Source: Chrysomallon squamiferum (taxonomy: Eukaryota; Animalia; Mollusca). Taken from it: 64,000 nt of DNA. The stretch spans positions 9,114,001-9,178,000 of the forward strand of contig CM022674.1 in assembly GCA_012295275.1 (NCBI GenBank), read 5' to 3'. The notes below the pieces were generated by a model. The model made no database searches and was not told the origin of the DNA. It saw nothing but the letters and a program-made list of their open reading frames with translations. Of this stretch, positions 1-14,849 are shown one piece after another; the first letter of the stretch is position 1; each line of letters opens with the position of its first letter. The position numbers and the translations under genes are program-made.

Positions 1-2299
1 TACAACCATTCATATATATTTATTTAAATTTACACCTATTGCAATATTTAAATGCAACCTAACAATTATTTTTGTTTTTAAATTACAATTTGTGACAGAG
101 TCTAAACAGCAGGTAACATTAATTTGTTTAGCAGACACTAGAGAAAAAACACAATCACAGAGGAAACACACAAACTGTTACAAATACAGTAATTATTTTT
201 ATTGTGATGTTCAAATTTAATTTAAAAAACATCTTTAATATTTCTATAAATAGAATACTTGTGTCCACTAACAACAAAATACTTCCTTTTTCATAAATTC
301 CTCCCTTCAGATAGACTCTACCACAACAAATATTTGACTACTTGCACAGACAGAGGTGCACTGGTTTGGCTATCAATATGTACATAGCAATCTATTGTTG
401 GGCTTGCTTTCCATGCAAAATATATATAAAGTTAACCTGTATACATCTTTGTGTTTGCCAAGTCCATCGCTTCCCTGACAGGACTCAAACTGTAAATTTA
501 CAATGCACTTAGCACATATACACTCCATAATTAGGACTCTATAACTTAAGGAATGTCTGAATGGGAAAAAAGAAAATCTTTTTTCTATTGTTTATCTTTT
601 TTCAACTCTTATTTTTCTTCCCCCATGTTTAATAACTTTTTTTTTTTAAACTTGCTTTTATATTTACATATGTTAATTCTATGTCAGTTGTCTGTCAAGT
701 TTTAAATTTAAATTTTACCCTTTTTTTTTCTTTTTTAATTAAACCCCCCAACAAAATCTATCATAAACATCAGGATTTTTTATATCATATGATGTCAAAA
801 TGTTAATGATAGTTTTTAATGATAATAACAGATGTTCAAAAAATCAATCAGGATTTGTTTTTTTGTTTTTTTAAATTTTATTACCATTTAATTTTTTTAA
901 CATCTTTTTTTTTCTTCTCTTACTCAGACTTTGGTTAATACATCTATGACTTCAATACAGCAAATTTTGTTTTATTAAGTCAAAAAAAGAAAATTATTCA
1001 AGTACAGTCTAGTATATTGGCTTCTGGCACAATACTTCTTAGTTTTCTTGTCTTACCAACAGGAAGGTGCACATAAAATATCTGTTCTGCTAATCAGTAA
1101 TTATATTCTGTGGAAGTACTGCAGCAGCCTTCAGTATGAGAAGTCTATTACTGAAATATGTTGATAAAAATTATTCAAAAATATTTTATGTTCTTTTTTA
1201 AAATGTTTGAAAAAAACAACATAAAACATTTTTTAATATTTTAACTTAATTCTAACTTGAATGAAATCCTTGACTTTAAAAATAATGACCAATTGACTTG
1301 TTTCATGCAAAGTTTTTACAATTTATTGTCTTTTGTAGACATTAGAAAGTATATTTTTTATTTAAACATCTGATACAATTCAAAATAATTAAACAGATAA
1401 ATAAATAAATGAGTAAATGTATTAACTCTAAATACCAGACATTCTAACTCATTTCAAAAGAAAAAGAAACAACAAAAAACAAAGTGAAAAAAAAAAAGAA
1501 AATTAAAAAATTATTTTTCTTTCAAAATAAACCATGTTAAAAAAATGTGACATAGATGTTTGTTACTGGGTTTATATCAGTAAATGCATAAGGTCACATA
1601 AAAACACACTTGAACTAACACACATGGACACACATCAAAAATAATAATAAATTAAAATGTGAAAGAAAAAAGCTTTTGATGATAATTATAACTATGTATA
1701 GCAATAATAACAATAACTGAAAAAAAAAAGTTCGGAACAGTTGACTGATATAAACATTATTGTGTAATATGGATTAACAAAAATAATGTGTGTGTGTGTG
1801 ATTATATATTCTGCAATGATATAATTAGTTTTCACGTGGCTGTAGTTGAGCACAGTATGTGTTACTGTGACACAATAAGATGTTACTGAGATGCATGCAC
1901 ACACCCACACCCACACACACACACACACCAAAAAGTTTCAGCAAGCTATTTTCATAACCAACTGACAAACCATGTGTACAGTGTTCTGTCAAACAGAAAT
2001 GATTATATTATACATGTATATTATTTTAAATGCAACTAATTAATTCTGTGGACTGTTATGTATTTTTAGCTGTCGAACTCTATTACTAAAATAACTACAG
2101 ACTATTTATCTATCAACCAAAGCTGTCCAAAAATACATCATAATAGATTTAAAAGTTTGACAGGCCAAAATATAAATCTACTTTTTAGTTGAGCTTCTCT
2201 TTTTTGCGCTGTTTTTACCGTTATTAATACTTCTTCTTGATACATTTAATTTAACTACACATCTTTTAACAGTTCAAATATAAACCAGTTATAAGATAT

Positions 2300-2795
2300 T
2301 TAATATCTAATACTTTGTGATAATAGTGGTACATACTAATTGTTTTGATGTACATTTTACTATATTAATGTACTTTTTAATACACAGATTACATTATTTA
2401 TATTGATACACTTTTTAATAACAAAGATAATATATATATATATATATTTTGTTTTGTTTTGATAACTTATTATATATTAGTTATATCTATGTACTTTTTA
2501 TTAAAAGATCTACTCTAGTAATGTCTATGTGTTTTTTAATGACACATATCTACGTACTTCTTAATATCACAGATATACACTAGTCATATCCCTGTATTTT
2601 TTAATACCACACACACTATTTATTATTAATAATACAGCTATTAGTTACATCTATTAGTAATATAATAAATCTATGTACTTTTAATAACAGATGTACACAA
2701 GTTGTGGCTAATTATTTCTTAATAACCAATAAACACTAGTAATTTATATGTACATTTTAATAACATATATATAAATTAGTCATATCCAAGTACAC
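2300..2795. repeat. Old degenerate tandem repeat (~45-50 bp; ATCTATGTACTTTTTAATAA..CAGAT..ACACTAGT)
   Basis: The motif TCTATGTACTTTT recurs. The same family resumes at 3695-3860. Confidence 0.65.
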
Positions 2796-2796
2796 T

Positions 2797-3694
2797 TGGA
2801 ATCATTTGGAATCAAGAAAATATGTTGTTTTAGACAGAGTGCCTGTTTATAAAGATTAAACATGACTTTGGATGTGGTTTTATTACAGATATGAAAGTTA
2901 AATATCTATCAAGTGTTAGCTGAGAAATATTTCTCTCCCAAGCAAATACCTTTGTAATTTGTTTTATTATTGTATATCAAACTTTAGTCATTAGGCCATT
3001 ATCAATCCATTCAGATTTTTGAATTTGCCCGTCATTATTCGCTGCTGAAATGTTGATTTTAAACAATTGCTGATAATGGTCACTACATTTTAAAATGTCA
3101 GGCACTGACTGTCTTTATGTTTTAAATTGTATAATCAGGTTTCAGGTGAGGAAGGAACGTGGGCAAAATACTCGCCCTTTTAACAGATTGCAATGTCTAA
3201 GTCATTTTTTTAAGTAACTCTGCCATTATGACAAATTCAGTAGTACAATGCAAAAATGTGTGCGATAGATATTTATGCAGACTTCTGCTTATTCACACTG
3301 AATATAAATGTGTAAACTGTCTTAGGTATCAACACACACTAATAATAATCTTGTTCATTTAGAATGCATATAGTAAATTCAAAAAAATATGACACTGTTT
3401 ATTAAGCCTTCAAAGAAGCTTGATCATTTCATCTCACGCAGTGGTCTAATTATGTAATTATGTGCAAACTGTTGCCATTTTTTAAGAAGGGATTGCATTG
3501 CAAAGTTGTGTGCCAATGTTGACAAAACTAATTACTATACAACTTGTTCTTTTGTTCTGGAATTTACACCCTGAATCTAAAGTAGATAGCATCTGGATTA
3601 GACAGGGTTTTATTCATAATAGATTAATGATAGCTGGATGGGACTTTGAAATGGTGCAAGTTTTCACAGAAATCTGGATTAGTCAAAGGCCAGT
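2797..3694. mobile_element. Probable old insertion (non-autonomous element) splitting a degenerate tandem array
   Basis: The same repeat family lies on both sides, and the interior retains several CpGs. There is weak inverted similarity between 2994 (GGCCATTATCAATCCA) and 3691 (reverse complement GGCCTTTGACTAATCCA). Confidence 0.3.
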
Positions 3695-3862
3695 TACATC
3701 AGTTACATCTATGTACTTTTTAATAATACAGATTATACACTAATCATATCTAAGCACTTTTTAAAAGATACTGATATGCAAGTTATAATCTACGTATCTT
3801 TTAATAAAACAGATTATATACAGATTATATTGATGTACATTTTAAAACTACTTATATGTACC
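3695..3862. repeat. Continuation of the degenerate tandem repeat seen at 2300-2795
   Basis: AGTTACATCTATGTACTTTTTAATAATACAGATTATACACTAATCATATC matches the left block. Confidence 0.6.
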
Positions 3863-5961
3863 TCTGATTTTGTTGTTTTAATTTATTTTTAAATTTCTTT
3901 CCCTCATTGGAAAAAAAAAAATATATATATATATATATATAATATATATGTTTTATTAATCATTTAAAAAATAATAAATAAATGAACAGTACATAGGCAT
4001 GACTAGTGTAATAATTTATTGTAATTTATGTAAAACTAAACAAACAAATAATAACAATAATAATAATAATAAATATATAAAATGTGTAAGAACTAATAAA
4101 ACAATAAAAGCTTCATAATAATCATGTTGTTATAAAAATGTTCATGGATTAAATATTTATTCACTGTCTTGTACATCTTTAGTTAGACATATTTTTCTTG
4201 TAACATTTCATTATGGCAATACTGCATGTTGCCACAGGTGCTCATGCAGTAACTCATTTTAACTTTGATTCATCTTTGTCTCATAGATTTACTGTGTCAT
4301 TTGATTGCACAACAAGATGAACATTTACTGTATGTTAGATCTAGCAAAGCAGAGTGTGCAAGAGAATGACATAAATTGTAAACATAAATAAGATGGATCA
4401 AAATCACATCAAATGTTCAGTGAATGGAAAAATTTACAACAGAATTAGAAAAAAAAAAAAAAATGAAAGATGATGTAATAGAAGAACATTATTTTTGCAG
4501 AAAAAACCTACTTTATAACAAGAGTTAATCTAGAAGGGTTAATTTAAGCCATTTATTCTCTCACTAAAAAGTCATTAAAGGAACCTGGTATGAGAACAAA
4601 TATGAGTTTGTTTATTAGAGGCTAAACTAAGTATTTATACTAATCTGTGACAAAAACAAGCTTTAAACACAAATTCACATACATTTTCACACACACACAC
4701 GCGCACTAACTCAAAATTATCAATAAAACAAAAGAGAATATGACCATCAAAAAACTCATACATATATCTACATATATACATGCATTTTTGAAAGAAATAC
4801 AACATGCATGAAAGACATTAAAACAAAAAAATATATAATGCATGCAGCAATTAACTTCTACATAAATTTGTTTACATAATTATATAACATATATTCTTTA
4901 ACATAGCAAGTTTCTACTCAGTCATGGTGCTAATTTTTATAATTTTTTTACTCAGCTGCATCCTAAGCATATTGATTGAAGTGTTATTTTACAACACGAG
5001 TACTTCTCAGTTTAAAGAAGAATTCAATACACCCACAGACACACTGAGGCAAGGACTACCAAACAGCTTGTCACCTGTATATTTTTCTTATTGATTTCTC
5101 TACAGATCTGGGGCAAAGCAACCTCAAAAATGTTTGTAGTAATAACCATGTTCATTTATCTTACATTCAATCTTACATATAGCATGTTTTGATATCAAGG
5201 TTACAAAATGTTGTAATGTCTACATGAAGTTTATGTATATGATTGTGAAGTGGACTGTAATTTCATCTAGTACACTGAATAAAGTCTGTGAAGTGCACTA
5301 TGGCATTACTGTGAAATGACTGTTCATTCAATGTACATATAAATATATGTTTTGCAATAAATGTAACCTGATACTAGACATGTGTTACTAATGAATAATA
5401 AATAAGGAAATTAGTCAGTTTTGAATTACTGTAAGACATTTATGATATATTATATCACAATTAGAATATCTTTAATTACAGACTTGGACTAAATAATAAT
5501 CTAATTAAATACAATACTTAGTGAAAAAGTCTATGATTGCTTACTGTAACCAGATGTAGATAAATATATAGCTTTATAAATACATTTTAATGACACTATT
5601 TTAAAGACTGGTATTTTTAAAAGGGTGTTATAAAAATTAATCAAAAATTCATAGTTTATTGTTTCTAAAAGTTCACAGACTGCTGTTTATTTACTGTTGT
5701 TACAAAAAAACACTTATTATTGTAACACAAGTTTATTAAAAAGGATATGTTACAAAGCTTATGTACTGTTGTTACAAAGAATGACAGCTGCTACAGAAGC
5801 TCACCAACTTTTTAGTAAGACTTGTGTAACAGAAGTTCAATCAGTGTAAAGATAAAATCATCTGTAGATGGTAAAAGCTTGACTGTTTACAATCCTTTTT
5901 CAAGTTCTCAGCAGCCATTCTTATAATCAAATGATTTTTAACATTATTTTATTTTTTTATA

Positions 5962-6080
5962 TCATCATCATTGTTGTTGTTGTTGTTGTTGTTGTTATTA
6001 TTATTATTAGTAGTAGTAGTAGTAGTAGTAGTAGTTGTAGCAGCAACAGTATTGGTAATAGTAGTATTAGTAGTGATAGT
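5962..6080. repeat. Compound trinucleotide microsatellite (CAT)n(GTT)n(ATT)n(AGT)n
   Basis: Directly visible. Confidence 0.9.
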
Positions 6081-8769
6081 TCTAGCAGCTGTTTTATTTA
6101 AAAAAATTTAACATTTCCATGAGGAGTCAATTGCATGTCACATTCAATAAACCAATATTCATTGATCCATGACATTAACAGAGCAGCTTTCAAACAAATG
6201 TAATTAACTTACAGTTATTTTCAAACAACAGCAGGGATTATTTTACATGTTTTTGCGTTATCCATTTAAAGCTACATGCTTATACTGGTTAATGAAGCCA
6301 AGCATCTAAATGTAATGTAAAGACTGACACAGAGAGAAGGATATACCAGTATGCTGTAAAGCAAATCTCATAATTATCAAGAAAATTAAAAATACTTTTA
6401 GCGTGTATGTACATATGTGTTTGTGTGTATCTGTGTTTATGTGCATGCATGTATGTGTATACTTGTATGTTCATAAACAGTTTAAGTATAATCAGTTTAT
6501 AAATACTTATTAAAACATTATCAATTCTTCATCATCAGATTATTAAAATAAAAGTAAAATTAATACATGTATTATCTCCATAAAATTTTATGTGGGAATT
6601 TATTCAGAAAGTACATTCTGACATGACAAGTGAATTTTTGATATAAGAACAAAAATATAAATTGTAAAATGTAAAAATAAAGATTATTGTGAACACAAGC
6701 AGACAATTTACCAGGTATTGTACTTTCCTAGCTAAATGAAGGTTCAGTTAAAAGACACTTTGGATGTTGATACGATTCATAAAACAATTACTGAAGGTTT
6801 CTTTTCATTTTATAATTTAAAATAAAAATATCTGACACAAATAAAGACATGAGGTAATATTTTAAACCAGTTTTTATTTTTGGTGTTGATTATAAAATGG
6901 ATATAAATGTATCTGACTGGCAGGATATGTTAACTCTGATATAAATTTTAAAATCATCTCACAGTATAACAATTTAAAGGTAACTGCTGTTTTGTAAATT
7001 GATTTAAAAAATATTTGATCACTTGAAATGAAAATAAATCAATATTCTAAAACACGAACAACAAATATATTTTTAAAACTGTTTTCTTATATATATATAT
7101 ATTCAAATCACAAAAAAGTATGGCATGAAATGACTGAAGTAAGTCTAGCTGAAGCAGATACAGAAACAGCAAAGAAGTCGTTTAAGCATTAACAAATAAA
7201 TAAAACAAAAAGCCATTATAGCACATCTAAAGCATATCAGAGTGTACCGATATAGAAACACTGTGACCGGCAACTGACTCTGTGACATGTCATACAGTGA
7301 TTCAATCAATAACATCTTCACCGGGTTCTTTCACTGTTACTGAGCTTTTTTAACAACACAAGTACACATACACACATATTATTAATTGCTGTTCTTTTTA
7401 CACAAACACATGACTTTTTTATGTGTATCCTTTTTAATAACATTAATACAAATATATCTCACATACATACACACAATACATGCTATAATTATGTTCTGTT
7501 TAATAACATTTAAAATAAATAAAACTGTAACATACTCTTCCTTTCATTAAGTTTTAATAATACAGACATTAATCGTTAATATACTACACACATGCACATT
7601 ATGTAGTTTTTAATCATTTTTAATAATACAAATATACACTACTTATTGATATATTTAAATAATTCAGCTTAAGAATTTAACAGCTGGCTAATTGCTTCAA
7701 CCATAACTTAAATCTTCTGTCACTACTACTTCTATACCATAACTATGTTCACTGCACTCTTGTTACTACTGAACAATTCTGTTTTTTCAGAATACATTAT
7801 TATATGATCTGCTTTAAAATGTTATACTGAAAACAATATGAGTATATTAATCTTTGCTGTATATTAAACAAGAACAATCAAATGAAAACAGTAATGTAGG
7901 ATACCTACTGATATGTAAATGAACATAATATATTTCTGTACTTCTGAGATAAAAGAAGACAATGTATTTTAATTCAACAGACTTAATGACTGATTCATAT
8001 CTAATCCATTATGTTGATCAGTCCATAGATATCCGTAATGACTGCAGGAAGAATAAAACATAATTATGTCAGTTTGTTGCTAATGGTTTTATATATGTAG
8101 GACATGTTGCAGGTATGTATGAGTTGTGATAACATATTTGAAATGTCTAACATAGACAGAGAAAACAGTAGCACACAATTAGGCCAGCCATGTCACTGCA
8201 ACAAGAAAAAGAGCTTTATAATGATCATACATCCATTATGGAACAGCATCTCTGATATGTTGCATAATTCACAGTGTTCTAGAAGAGATTGCACTGCTAA
8301 TCTCACAGCTATAAATTTGGCATGGGCATGTGGGGAAAAAAAATCAATGAAAAAAAAATTGGGTTATGTACGAAATATTTGTTAAGCCTGCAATACTGGT
8401 ATTCAAAATCTTGATTTTCAATGAATTCAGTTCCTGCTGGTTTGAAGGAAAAAATACTGTCCTTGAAAATGGAAAACACACTAATAGTGACCAGATGGGT
8501 GCTGTTAAAACATGTATCAGCCATTATAAACATAACAGATGTGAGGCAATATGTTACCTGTACTTGTGACTATCATTTCATGATGTCCAATATAACATAA
8601 CACACACACACACACACACATATATATATTACATATGAAATGTGACATACACTTATAACAATTTCCAGATGAGGATGGACTTTTAATAAATATAATAATT
8701 TTGTAGATCTTTTTTGTTTTGTTTTGACGTTCATGTTTTAAAACAGATTCTGTAAGGTGTATAAAAGTC

Positions 8770-9010
8770 AGTATTACCTATGTAACCATCTGTATAACAT
8801 GTATAATATGTGTAACTGTTTAAATAACTGGTGTAACAGTCAATGTTATTTGTGTACATCAGTATAATTTGTATACAAGTGTATTATTTATGTAACAGTT
8901 TGAATTAGTTATGTAACTTTATATTATTTGTGTTACTGTCTGTATTACATGTGTATTATTTGTATAAAAGTGTATTACTTGTATTACAGTTTGTGTTACT
9001 TGTGTAACAT
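8770..9010. repeat. Degenerate ~20-bp tandem repeat (TGTGTAACAGTTTGTATTAC-like)
   Basis: Recurrent TGTAAC and GTATTA motifs at roughly regular spacing. Confidence 0.55.
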
Positions 9011-9684
9011 GGTAAATATCAACTTAAAGACAAGGCAATGCTTTTGAGCTGTCAGTTAGTTACAGCTGGTGAAATCAAGTTTCTATCAATGCTGCAATAA
9101 AACTTTTATATACATTGATTGCAAATAATCAGTTATGTCTGAGAACCATTACAGGCTGTTAAAAAGTCTTTGAAGGGAATTAAATAGCACTATAAATGTA
9201 AGAAAAAGTCCATTAATCATATGTCATTTAAATTATCTGATAAATTTTTATTATAAGTATGGCTTTGTTTTGTATATGTTTGAAAATTTTGTCATTTTCT
9301 CTGTTTTAAGTGTCTGTAATTCTGTATTTTAGTTAGTGTGTGTTTGTAGTTCTAAATTTTTGTGTTTGTGTGTATGTATATGTGCATATTTACCAACAAT
9401 TGTCATCAATAATTTTCTTTGCACTGCAAGTTAGTTATTGCTTAAAATCATCTTGTAAAACAAACATAAATACTACTTATTGTCACATTTTTTTTTTCTT
9501 AAAATATTATAAGACCTGTGAAAATTAAAAGAATATTTAGAAAAAATTAGTATTTAAATTAAAAGAAAACAGTAATGATTTACTGATAAATTAGTTGTAT
9601 GTGGAAAATTCAGCTTACAAAATTTGATACCAAATCAGTGGGCTTCATTTGTATTGAGAAAAAGATTACCAGTATCAAAAAAAC

Positions 9685-9729
<45 letters not shown>

Positions 9730-10017
9730 GCGCGCACACAAACACACAAATACATGCACATGCATGCAGATATATTCACACAAAGAAAATTATAAAATAA
9801 AAGGATACATTAATTATTCATGTTTAATGTTGGTTATCATTGTTCCAAGAATAGACAGTTTATGTGACACTGTAACCTTTTCACATTATATATTTTAAAA
9901 AAAAAGTTCTCTCTGAATCGGTGCATTACATTCCTTAATACCATACATATTCTAACTGCATGCACCATGTTCCGCTGTAATCCAGTAGAGTATTACAGCA
10001 GAATTAGAGGAGATTAC

Positions 10018-10034
10018 CTGGCTAATGCTGGGGC
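10018..10034 (-). CDS. Candidate 17-nt microexon (G-P-S-I-S-Q if joined to the 46-nt exon)
   Basis: TTTTGTTTACCTCAACCAG|GCCCCAGCATTAGCCAG|GTAATC. It is open in the phase-1 frame and has TGCATG ~55 nt downstream. Splice sites are only moderate. Confidence 0.25.
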
Positions 10035-13000
10035 CTGGTTGAGGTAAACAAAATCAATCCAACTAATTTTTGTACTCTCATGTCTCAGACATTTTCTAAT
10101 TGCTAACTTTTTCTTCCTTGTGCAAAATAAAAATTCTCTTCTCACAACTCTGCTAATCTGTTAGTAAATGAAATGTTTTCACCAATCTCAATATAAACAC
10201 TATTTGTTGGGGTGTTCTTTATTTCTTGTTATATATATATATATTTTATAACCAGAATGAACACAAATATTTTTATTTTTATTTTTTTCTAAATAAATTT
10301 TATTATGTAACAAATTATTTATTTTTATGAATGGGTGGAGTGTAATTAAATGAGTATTTTATTTTTTTCTCAGCTTCCTTCAACAACAAAAAATATTGCT
10401 CTTTCAAAATATAAAAAATTAATAGCAACAAATACAAAAATACTTTTTAACATCGTTTATCATGATTTATATTATCCTTTTTCAATAAAATAAAACGATA
10501 TCAACAATCTATATTTTGAAACCAGTGAGGTATAAAACAGATTTCATAACTAACATTGAGATAATGCTTTTATCTTGTATTGTGTAAAGTTTATTAACAT
10601 AGAAAATAACAATGTTGAATTAAAAATGAATATATTCTCTATGTAATTTAAATGTAATTTAAAAATGCATCTTACATTTAATACTCAGTAATAACACCCT
10701 GATTCATATTAAGGAACTCATAAAATGGTTTTAAAATTATATCTATAAATATCTGTAAGATTAACAATTACACCAAAAAAGCTAGTGTTAACACCTAACT
10801 CAATTATGTCACATTCAACAGAGACAAGGTTTTTATAATTGTGCTTAACTGCATTGTTAGACTTTACTCTGTATTGTTAAACAAATGTTTACTTGTCTGA
10901 TGTATGATTAAAATACAACAGTTTTCATTTTATTTAGTTACAGGGTCTTGCAGAAGTTATTATTTTCAAATACTTATTTCAGCACTTAATGTGTTGTTGT
11001 CTGTTCATTTTACAAATATGCTGAAATTAAATTTTAAAATTAAATATTCTCAGTAAAATTCTGCTGTTAAATGATTCGAAAAGAAAATCTATTATTAATG
11101 AATACCTACCAGTTATCAGAAAATCATAAACCATTGAGTTTACCTAGTTTATGATTAATACAATTTAGGATCTGAACATCTGATTTCACACTGTGCATGC
11201 ACCATTAGTCTATAACAATATTTTAAAAATTTAAATCTGCAGACATGCTGTAAAAGGTGTTCCTTTCTCCAGGTTGTTGCCCTGTAATTTTATCCACGTC
11301 TGCATCACCATTAATTGAAAACAATTTTAGTCTGAATTTTGTGGTTACACCTAGCAGTCGGTAGTGCACATGCACTGACAAAAGACCGCAGCAGGGTGCA
11401 GCTATGTTTTTAATTTTAAGATCAATAGTTACACCAGACTTGTCAGTTGGCAAAGTCTTTTTTCTTTGTGTATTCAGAAATATTTACAAAACATCATTTC
11501 TTATATTATTAGGGATCACTGCGCATTGTTTAAATAATCATATTTTCCACATTCAACACTTTTGTTTTTGCCAAAGTTCTATTTCTTTTACTTGTTTATC
11601 TTTGCTATTCATTAAATAGTTCTGTATTATTAAAAAGTTTCAGTATTCTGGAAAATGAAGTGAATTGTTTTATGACAGACAAGCGATAATTAAATACGAT
11701 AGTTGTATTGTTTTTCAAATAGTAATTAAATTAAACTAAATATATTTATTTAGCTAAGTATCAACTTTTTATTTTTACATCTAATTCTATTTTTAATTTT
11801 AGTGTTTGCTCTTAATTAAATAGTGAAAGTGATAAAAGCTAGATTTGATGTATTTTTATCTTTTATTCTATAGCTTAGAGTTAAATCTTTAAACTATTGT
11901 TAATAATAATACTGACAATATATTGAACAGATCAGTATAGTGTGCAAATCACCAAATCTGAATTTAGTCTTTTAAAAAACACAATATATTTATATTTTTA
12001 AAATAAATAATATAAGTTAGAAACAACACATACCATGATTTTTCTTAATGAGGAGTAACTTTTCAAAGGCTAAATCCACTTTTATTCTTTGCTGAATATT
12101 AAGTTCAAAAATAAAATAATATTTATTAACAATTTCATATTTTATTTTATCCATTTATGGGTTTTTTTCAACGTACAGATGCACTATGCAAGAACATTAA
12201 TCCTTTGTTGCTATTTTAAAACCATCAGAACTAGGTGGACTCCGCCTAAATCGATGAAAAAATCTATACCAGGAGACCCAATACAAACAGCCAATTTTCT
12301 GCTCACTGAGACTGCATGAGCACTGAATTCTACAATAAATGTTTCTATCAATATTATGTCTTCTGTTTCTTTTTAATTTTTTTAGTGTTTGGTTAAAATG
12401 ATTAAGAACAGGTGCTAAGGTTGTGATAAGAAGAACATTTGTGAAGAATATCATTTATAAAATTAATTTTTTAAAGTAAACTTTAACTTAAAAAAGAGAA
12501 GTAAAGAGAAAACGCTAAAAACTAAGAAAAGCCAAATCATAGGTTGCCTGTTTCTTTGCTGTTTTATGGCAGCACTCATTCAAGCAGTATGTTAAGAAAG
12601 AGTAAGAAAATATCTCCACAAAAAACTGCTATTCACCTATTAGCATGTTCATGAAAGGAAACTTTAAAAAAAAAAAAAATAAATAAATATTAAAAAAAGT
12701 AACATTCATTTTTTTCTCTCTTTCAGAACGAACAACAGTGATCACATAATGTCATGCCTTTCTTTTGTAATGAATTCATGGCTTTCAAGTGGAACAAAAT
12801 GCCTAACATTAACTTTTAATACAATTGGGATCCCTGATAACACACGCATTCTCAAATGACCAACTCTATAATCATATATCATGTGCATCTAAATCCAGGT
12901 ATCAAAGCCCTTGCTGTGTTTAACAATAACCAGCACTCTATACTAAAAAAACTAATAGAAGAAAAAAGTAGTGAAGAAAGAAGCATAGTCTATTAATGTG

Positions 13001-13599
13001 CAATTCCAATAACCTTTCATTCTGCATTGTGCAGCTAGAGGGCCTTGTCATCTGGGTCAATGTTTTTAGTGCTAATGTACCCACTATCTGCCTCCTTGGC
13101 TCTGTGCTGGTACATACAGCACATTTATCTCTCAGGCTATAGGTTTTCAAACATCCACAATGGGGCTGCCCCATAAAGGTGGTATGATGTTTCACTGAGT
13201 TCATCCAGAGGCTAAACGTAAACAGTCAGTGGCAGATTCAAGAGGGGTCTAACAGAGTGGGAAAATTTCAGAAATGTGTAATTTTAAAAAATAATTATTG
13301 ATTACATTCAACTTTTTTCTTGCTGGCTTTTGCCAAACTCCAGAAACACCACATCAACTTCATTAGTACTTCTTAAAACATACTTGTAACTTTATTACTC
13401 AGCATCAGATAACCCAAAATTTCAAGAACGGTTTTGAAGAACAGTTGATTTTCATCCTGTATTATTCTTTTGGGGTTTTGTTGTACATTTTTTTACCTTT
13501 TTTCATAACAGATGTACCAAATAGAAAAAAACACAAATAAGAAGTAATAAAAAGTTTGAATAAACTACACAATACAATCAATTTAATAATAATTATAAC

Positions 13600-13710
13600 C
13601 AAAAAATAATTTTAAAAATAATAAATAAATAAAATAATAATAATCAAAAATAATTTTAAAAATAATAAATAAATAAATAAAATAATAATCAAAAATAATT
13701 TTAAAAAAGA
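13600..13710. repeat. Short A-rich tandem duplication (~43-45 bp x2.5)
   Basis: AAAAATAATTTTAAAAATAATAAATAAAT...AATAATC is repeated. Confidence 0.7.
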
Positions 13711-14849
13711 AAGACAGAAAAAGAAAAGCAAAAAATGAAAACAGTAAAATCAGAAATGAAATGGAATCCAGAGAATCATAAAAGTAAATTTAAAGAGAGA
13801 GAGAAAAAAAATTTAATCTAACCTAATAAATAAATAATAATAATAATTTAGAAAAAAAACAATCATTAATTAAAAATAATTACTAAAATAAATATAATAA
13901 TAATAAATTAAAAAACTGTGTCCTCCAAACTGTTACCAAGAGATAAATATATTCCACACTATATGACGTAACAAGAATAAAAAAATTGAAATAAACAGAA
14001 TGTTGTAAAACATCACAGATTATAACATGTAAGAAATACTGTAAACCTGAAAACAAAAGGCTGCCAAGAACTGTCAAGTCAGAGAGAGGTACAAACAATT
14101 AAAATGAAAAACTGTAAATATAAATAAACTAAAAAAGACAGAAAACAATTATGAAATTTACTTTAGCATGTCAGTAGTTAAAACAGAATTCAAGAGTATG
14201 AAAAATAATATTACAATTGAAGGAATAAAATTTAACATATACAAACGTATGAGATTTTAATAACAATACCTAGATTAAATATTTTCTATTTTAAAAAATA
14301 TTTTCTAAAATCATTAAAAAATATGTTTTTCACTAAACTGTCTTTAAGTGATGCAGAAATAGAACTACTACTACAACAATACTACCCTTCAACAGTTCAT
14401 TTGAAAAAAGAAAAAAAAGAAACAGTAAAAGACAGAGAGAGAGAGAGAGAGATTGAGAATGAGAAAAAAAAGTGAATGAATGAAAGATAGAATGAGAAAG
14501 GCAGAAAATTAGATTTAAAAGAACAATTGTCTTGTTATATTCCCAGTAAAACAAATCCTAAAATCAGTAAAATGATGTAAATTGTTATACATTTGTATTA
14601 TTAGTGATTTTAATCACATTAACATTTACTTATTTCACAGAGAACAGCTTGAACAAAAATGTGAATGTGATTTAATAACTATAAAAAAAACAAAGAAAAA
14701 AAAAGAGAAAAAAAACAACATAATGTTTTATCAATATCACAAATTATGTGCAATTTCTAAAAAGATAACTGCTACAGATTTTTGTTTTTGGGTCTGAATC
14801 CAGAATTTATCAAATAAATAATATATATGTATATATGTATGTAAATTAT

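Noticed and set aside
12160-12320. Plus-strand acceptor followed by an ORF (MHYARTLIL...)
   Set aside because: No donor, no partner exons and no recognisable domain.
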